Shown: positions 27,190 through 32,000 of the stretch, one piece after another
Layout of the letters: every line of letters begins with the position of its first letter
Position numbering within the stretch: the first letter of the stretch is position 1
Assembly (NCBI RefSeq): GCF_008000775.2
Contig: NZ_CP042905.2
Coordinates: forward strand, 3,900,001 to 3,932,000
DNA: 32,000 bases
Direction: 5' to 3'
From: Promethearchaeum syntrophicum
GTDB taxonomy: Archaea; Asgardarchaeota; Lokiarchaeia; Sigyniarchaeales; Promethearchaeaceae
Program-made: the position numbers and the translations under genes
Notes under the pieces: model-generated
The model's database searches: none
Told to the model about the DNA's origin: nothing
Seen by the model: the letters and a program-made list of their open reading frames with translations, nothing else

Positions 27190-28563
27190 ATGGGCAAATA
27201 TGAAGATTTGTTAATACAAACAATAGAATTTTCTCAAAAACAAGGAATTGAAGAAATTATTGCTCGCTATAATAACGGTATTGATTATCAAATTCGATTT
27301 TCAAATTCAATGATTGATATAATGAAACGCTGGGAAAATGATAAGCTAGAATTATTTTTTGTCAAAGACCAGAAAACTACTCAAATTGAAATCAGATCCC
27401 CAACTATGCCTCTAATTGAAGAGAGGATTTTACATACTGTTAAATTTTTAGAACATCTCCCAAAGAGTACTTTTTACACAGGAATGGAAATGGAGAAAAA
27501 ACCTTATCAAAAAATTGAAGGATTGTTTGATTCCCGAATAAAATCATTCCCAGATAAAGCAGCGGACAATATTAATGCAGCCATTAATTCAAGTCTTGAG
27601 ATAGGAGCAAAAAAAGTTGCAGGAGTCTTGTATTTTGGGCAAAATGAAACGGAATTACTCACAAGTCATAATATTGGAGGAAATTATGATGATTCTTATT
27701 ATCGGATGACTGTGAGATCCTTTGTAGATGGAGAAAGTTCTGGTCAAGATATTTTATGTGGTAGAAATTTGTCTAATATTGAGAAAAAATTCAATTTAAC
27801 TGCAGAAAACTCCGGTAAATTAGCATCTATGGCTGTTGGTGGAAAACAAGGCATTGGAGGAAAATATGATGTAATTTTAAGTCCAACCGTTGCTGCAAAT
27901 GTTTTTGGTGAAATTACCGATGGTGCGAATCCTCTTCTTATTATGCTTGGTATGAGTCCTGTAAGTGATTCAATTACTAAAAAAATAGCACCAGATAATT
28001 TATCAATCGAGGATAATGCATTAGTTGGAGATGGATTAGGTAGCAAACCTTTTGATGTAGAAGGACGCCCAACAAATCAAACACCCATAATTGATAAAGG
28101 TATTTTGAAAAATTTAATTCAAAATACTTCCTCCGCAAAAAACTATGGGTGTCAATCCACAGCTAATTCTGAATTCGTTGGTTTGGGAATTGGATCCAAA
28201 ATGTTAGCACCTAGTCCAAGTAATATGGTATACAAACCAGGAGACTATTCACTTGATGAGATCATTGCTGATTCGAAGAAACCTACAATTTATATCACTT
28301 CCAATTGGTATACAAGGTTCACAAATCAACTAGAAGGTATATTTTCAACCATTCCTCGCGATGGATTGTTTTTAATTGAAAATGGAGAGATTATAAAGCC
28401 TTTACGGAATCTTCGGTTGACTGATAATCTTTTGAGAATGATAGCAAATATCTCAGCAATAGGAAAAGACGTAAAGCAAATTAATTGGTGGGAAGTAGAA
28501 ACTCCGACTTTTATTCCAACGATAAAGGTATCAGATTGTAACATCACAGCAGCCACTAAATAA
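27190..28563 (+). CDS. pmbA: TldE/PmbA family protein
   Basis: KYDVILSPTVAANVFGEI, EDNALVGDGLGSKPFDVEGRPTNQTPIIDKG; starts 2 nt after the tldD stop. Confidence 0.93.
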   Translation: MGKYEDLLIQTIEFSQKQGIEEIIARYNNGIDYQIRFSNSMIDIMKRWENDKLELFFVKDQKTTQIEIRSPTMPLIEERILHTVKFLEHLPKSTFYTGMEMEKKPYQKIEGLFDSRIKSFPDKAADNINAAINSSLEIGAKKVAGVLYFGQNETELLTSHNIGGNYDDSYYRMTVRSFVDGESSGQDILCGRNLSNIEKKFNLTAENSGKLASMAVGGKQGIGGKYDVILSPTVAANVFGEITDGANPLLIMLGMSPVSDSITKKIAPDNLSIEDNALVGDGLGSKPFDVEGRPTNQTPIIDKGILKNLIQNTSSAKNYGCQSTANSEFVGLGIGSKMLAPSPSNMVYKPGDYSLDEIIADSKKPTIYITSNWYTRFTNQLEGIFSTIPRDGLFLIENGEIIKPLRNLRLTDNLLRMIANISAIGKDVKQINWWEVETPTFIPTIKVSDCNITAATK

Positions 28564-28568
28564 ATTCA

Positions 28569-28588
28569 TTTTTTTTTCACCTTTTTTT
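28569..28588 (+). terminator. Poly-T terminator candidate after pmbA
   Basis: Two T runs (9 and 7) immediately downstream of the stop. Confidence 0.45.
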
Positions 28589-28644
28589 AAAAAATAATTT
28601 AAAGATCGTTGAGAAACAATTTAAGTATCGTTATATATAAATAA

Positions 28645-30792
28645 TTGATGTCTTCGAAGTCTGTGAAAGAACTTGAAGCAATGTTTCATCCAAGATCCGT
28701 AGCAATAATTGGTGCAAGTAGTAAAGAAGGCAAAATTGGGCATACAGTTATTAAAAATATGCAGAATTCTAATTTTCCAGGTAAATATTACCCTATTAAT
28801 CCTAAATCTGAAGAAATTTTAGGCTATAAGGCATATAAATCGATAATGGATGCTCCAGATGGCATTGATATGGCCATTATATGCATTCCAAGTAAATTTT
28901 GTGTCCCTGTAGTCGAAGAATGTGGTAAAAAAAAAGTTAAAACTATTGTAATTATTACCGCGGGTTTTAAAGAAGTTGGGGGAGAAGGTAGAGTAAGAGA
29001 ATCAAGAATCCAAGAACTTGGAAAGCAATATAATATGCGAATTTTGGGTCCAAATTGCTTAGGTTTGATTACTAATGGGAACTTCTCATTTGCAAATCAA
29101 ACCCCAAAAAAAGGTAAAATTGCAATGCTATCACAATCTGGAGCAATGATGACCGGCCTTTTAGATTGGGCTGTAAATAATGATATCGGTTTTAGTTCAT
29201 TTATATCAATAGGAAATAAAGCAGATATAGATGAAGTAGATTTAATCGAATACTTAGCACACGACGACAACACAAAAGTAATTGCAGCATATATAGAATC
29301 AGTACAAGATGGAATGAAATTTTTTAATGTTGTTTCAGCAGCAACGAAAATAAAACCAGTCATTCTCTTAAAAGCAGGAAGAAGTGCCGCGGGAGCAAAA
29401 GCTGCATCAAGCCATACAGGAGCTTTAGCTGGTAGTGATATCGGATTTGAATTAGCTTTTAAAAAAGCGGGTGTTCTTAGAGCTGATACAATTTCAGAAC
29501 TATTTAATTATGCATTAACATTTCTAATAGCCCAAATTCCAAAAGGGGATAATTTCGCAATTGTTACAAATGCTGGTGGTCCTGGTATTGTTACTACAGA
29601 TGCAATGGATAAAGAAAAATTGGGATTTGCTCAATTTACTGAAGAAACAATAAACCTATTGAAAAAAGAATTACCGGCAGAATCAAATTTCAGAAATCCA
29701 GTAGATATCATTGGTGATGCCCCTCCAAGTCGTTATGAATATGCAATAGAATCTTTATGTCAAACTCCAAATTCAGAAGTAGCAGGTATTATCATCCTAC
29801 TAACCCCGCAATCTCAAACCGAGCCATTAATTGTAGCTCAAAAAATTGCAGCCTTACAAAAGAAATACCCTGAAAAAATTATGATTGGAGCATTTATCGG
29901 GGGTGTCAGTGTGGAAGAGCCAATGAAGATTCTCACTAGTTCTGGAGTTCCCACATATGCATTTCCGGAAGATTCGGTTAAAGTTCTAAAAGGATTAACT
30001 TACTACAAGGAATTATTAGAAAAACCCCTGATTACAGAAAAGGTAATCAAGAAGTTCGATGTCGATAGAGATATAGTTAAAACAATCATTGAAGATGCAA
30101 AAAAAGATCATCGAGCAGTATTATTAAGTTATGAAACATCTCAAATCTTTGAAACTTATGGAATAAAAGCTCCAAAGAGCAGATTGGTTCAAACTGCAAG
30201 AGATGCTGCAGAAATAGCCAAAGATATGGGATTTCCATTAGTTGCAAAGATAGTAAGCCCACAAATCATTCATAAATGGGACGTAGGAGGAGTCATTCTT
30301 AATATAAAAACCCCTGATGAAGCAAAAAATGCATTTATTTCAATTATGACTAATGCAATACGATTAGGCCCTCGAGATGCGCGATTGGTTGGTGTAGAAT
30401 TGCAAGAGATGATTATTAAAGAAGATAAATCAAAATCCAATGAATTAATAATCGGGATGAGCCGAGATCCAAATTGGGGTCCTATGCTAATGATTGGTTC
30501 TGGGGGTATTTATGCTAACTATGTCAAAGATGTGGCATTTGATTTAGCGTATCAATTTGATAGAAAAGATGCACGAAAATTATTACATCAAACCAAAATT
30601 TCAAAAATATTAGAAGGCGTTCGTGGTGAACCTGAAAGTGATATAGAGGGCGTTTTAGATATTTTAGAACGATTATCTCAATTAGTTAACGACTTCCCAG
30701 ATATTGTGGAACTCGATATAAATCCTTGTTTAGTTTTTTCAAAGGAAGAGGGGTATTCGGCAGTTGATATTAAAATTACAATTAAAATGTAA
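28645..30792 (+). CDS. ADP-forming acyl-/acetyl-CoA synthetase, fused alpha-beta form
   Basis: MFHPRSVAIIGASSKEGKIGHTVI CoA-binding start, LSQSGAMMTGLLDWA, SSHTGALAGSD catalytic His region, C-terminal ATP-grasp FPLVAKIVSPQIIHKWDVGGVILNI. Listed start at 28645 is TTG; ATG at 28648 or 28681 is more likely. Confidence 0.93.
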   Translation: MMSSKSVKELEAMFHPRSVAIIGASSKEGKIGHTVIKNMQNSNFPGKYYPINPKSEEILGYKAYKSIMDAPDGIDMAIICIPSKFCVPVVEECGKKKVKTIVIITAGFKEVGGEGRVRESRIQELGKQYNMRILGPNCLGLITNGNFSFANQTPKKGKIAMLSQSGAMMTGLLDWAVNNDIGFSSFISIGNKADIDEVDLIEYLAHDDNTKVIAAYIESVQDGMKFFNVVSAATKIKPVILLKAGRSAAGAKAASSHTGALAGSDIGFELAFKKAGVLRADTISELFNYALTFLIAQIPKGDNFAIVTNAGGPGIVTTDAMDKEKLGFAQFTEETINLLKKELPAESNFRNPVDIIGDAPPSRYEYAIESLCQTPNSEVAGIIILLTPQSQTEPLIVAQKIAALQKKYPEKIMIGAFIGGVSVEEPMKILTSSGVPTYAFPEDSVKVLKGLTYYKELLEKPLITEKVIKKFDVDRDIVKTIIEDAKKDHRAVLLSYETSQIFETYGIKAPKSRLVQTARDAAEIAKDMGFPLVAKIVSPQIIHKWDVGGVILNIKTPDEAKNAFISIMTNAIRLGPRDARLVGVELQEMIIKEDKSKSNELIIGMSRDPNWGPMLMIGSGGIYANYVKDVAFDLAYQFDRKDARKLLHQTKISKILEGVRGEPESDIEGVLDILERLSQLVNDFPDIVELDINPCLVFSKEEGYSAVDIKITIKM

Positions 30793-30794
30793 GA

Positions 30795-30802
30795 TTTTTT
30801 TT
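30795..30802 (+). terminator. Poly-T run between acyl-CoA synthetase and DRTGG gene
   Basis: Run of 8 T, 2 nt after the stop. Confidence 0.3.
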
Positions 30803-30830
30803 AGAATCACGATGGAGAAAATGAAAGAAA

Positions 30831-31898
30831 ATGAGCAAAAGTAAACCAATATTATTGTGTTCAACAAAAGCAGGGTCTGGAAAATCAGTTATTGCAATAG
30901 GAATGTTCCTAAAACTAAAAGAAGAAGGTTTTAACCCAGGATACTTTAAAGCTATCGGTGATGCGATGGATCTCCGACCTAAAACAAAAACTGATAAAGA
31001 TGTAAATGTTATTACCGCTGTAGTTGCAAGGAAATTTTCAAAAGAAGAAATGTGCCCTCAATTTTTCAATCCAAGCTTTTTCCTCGATGAAATTCTTCCT
31101 GAAGAATCTCAAACAGTGTTAGAAAAGATAAAAGATCATTTTGAAAGCATGAAAGATAAAACCGATATAATTATTTTAGAAGGAAATCATAACATTAATC
31201 AATATTCAGCAATAAATTTGGACGATACGGTTTTAGCTAAAGAATTTGATGCGACCGTAATCTTATGCGCTCCAATAAAGGACGATGATGATATTAATAC
31301 TGTTATTTCTGCGTATAATTATTTAAAATTGAAAGATGTAAAAGTTATCGGTGTTATTCTCAATGGTTTATCTGAAACTGCATTCGTCCGAATTGAGAAA
31401 TATTATAAACCACTTCTTGACAAACGTGGAATAACAATTATAGGTGGATTGAAAAAATCTAGACAGCTTGAGAAACCAACAATTGCTGAAATTTTAGAAG
31501 CGGTCGAAGGAGAACTTATTTGTGGCAATTACATTACAGTGAAGAATAATTTAATTGATGGATTTATTATTGGAGCAATGGGTGCAGAATCCGCCGCAAG
31601 TTATCTACGAAAAGGGGTTAATCAATGTGTAATCACTGGAGGAGATAGATCAGATATTGCCCTTGCAGCTTTAAACGCAAACACAAATTTGATTATTTTC
31701 TCAGGAAATATTAGGCCCGCACCTCGAGTGATAAGTGTAGCTGAAGAAAAAGGAATTCCGTTAGCGTTAGCTCCTGGTGATACCTTTACAATTTCAGAAC
31801 AACTCAGAAAGATTCATACTCATATTCAACCGAATGAAATAGGAATTTGTCGCCAACAAATTGAAGATTATTTAGATTGGGACAAAATCCCGAAATAA
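30831..31898 (+). CDS. BioD-like P-loop protein with DRTGG-type domain (phosphotransacetylase N-terminal-like)
   Basis: ILLCSTKAGSGKSVIAIGMFLKL Walker A-like, AIGAMGAESAASYLRKGVNQCVITGGDRSDIALAALNANTNLIIFSG. Commonly associated with acyl-CoA/acyl-phosphate metabolism. Confidence 0.85.
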   Translation: MSKSKPILLCSTKAGSGKSVIAIGMFLKLKEEGFNPGYFKAIGDAMDLRPKTKTDKDVNVITAVVARKFSKEEMCPQFFNPSFFLDEILPEESQTVLEKIKDHFESMKDKTDIIILEGNHNINQYSAINLDDTVLAKEFDATVILCAPIKDDDDINTVISAYNYLKLKDVKVIGVILNGLSETAFVRIEKYYKPLLDKRGITIIGGLKKSRQLEKPTIAEILEAVEGELICGNYITVKNNLIDGFIIGAMGAESAASYLRKGVNQCVITGGDRSDIALAALNANTNLIIFSGNIRPAPRVISVAEEKGIPLALAPGDTFTISEQLRKIHTHIQPNEIGICRQQIEDYLDWDKIPK

Positions 31899-31906
31899 TT
31901 TTTTTT
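31899..31906 (+). terminator. Poly-T terminator candidate
   Basis: 8 T directly after the stop codon. Confidence 0.45.
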
Positions 31907-31953
31907 CTCTTTTTCGCTAAAAATTTTAAATAATATTTTGTAATTTCAATACT

Positions 31954-32000
31954 ATGGATGAAAAAGAATTTATATATGTTTTAAAATTACGAAATGATCT
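31954..32000 (+). CDS. Start of an ORF truncated by the window end (MDEKEFIYVLKLRND...)
   Basis: ATG followed by 15 open codons to the window edge; too short to assign. Confidence 0.4.
   Translation, partial: MDEKEFIYVLKLRND

Noticed and set aside
1-32000. CRISPR arrays, tRNA/rRNA genes, transposases, toxin-antitoxin or defence systems
   Set aside because: No regularly spaced repeats, tRNA T-loop signatures in intergenic DNA, or recognisable mobile/defence proteins were seen by eye. A tRNAscan-SE/CRISPR tool run would be needed for certainty.

Overview
This is a gene-dense, AT-rich archaeal chromosomal window. The combination of Topo VI, SepSecS, an archaeal-style DHH nuclease, fused ADP-forming acyl-CoA synthetase and poly-T gene ends suggests an Asgard/Lokiarchaeota-like genome; this taxonomic call is inference. 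I found no convincing CRISPR array, tRNA/rRNA, transposon, prophage or defence island. Main content: 5'-truncated bacterial-type LeuRS; a minus-strand cassette of a greatly enlarged Topo VI subunit B, a Spo11-like Topo VI subunit A and a HEAT-like/coiled-coil protein; CoaBC; RecJ/GAN-type DHH phosphoesterase; SepSecS (selenocysteine synthesis); NOG1/OBG-type GTPase overlapping a GNAT acetyltransferase; acetyl-CoA hydrolase/transferase fused to GNAT; an MFS-like transporter with a C-terminal soluble domain whose pattern resembles longin/roadblock folds; a serine-biosynthesis-type pair (class V aminotransferase + SerA); transglutaminase-like protein; SDR; TldD/TldE; ADP-forming acyl-CoA synthetase and a DRTGG-type P-loop protein. 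The most interesting leads are (1) the Topo VI locus: ~1123-aa Top6B with a ~160-aa insert inside the Bergerat ATPase fold and a ~200-aa tail, read in the same frame as Top6A and the downstream gene with only stop codons between them, and a Top6A that looks unusually like eukaryotic Spo11; (2) the transporter-longin-like fusion; (3) SepSecS as evidence for selenocysteine decoding; (4) a possible non-AUG (ACG) start on the transglutaminase-like gene.
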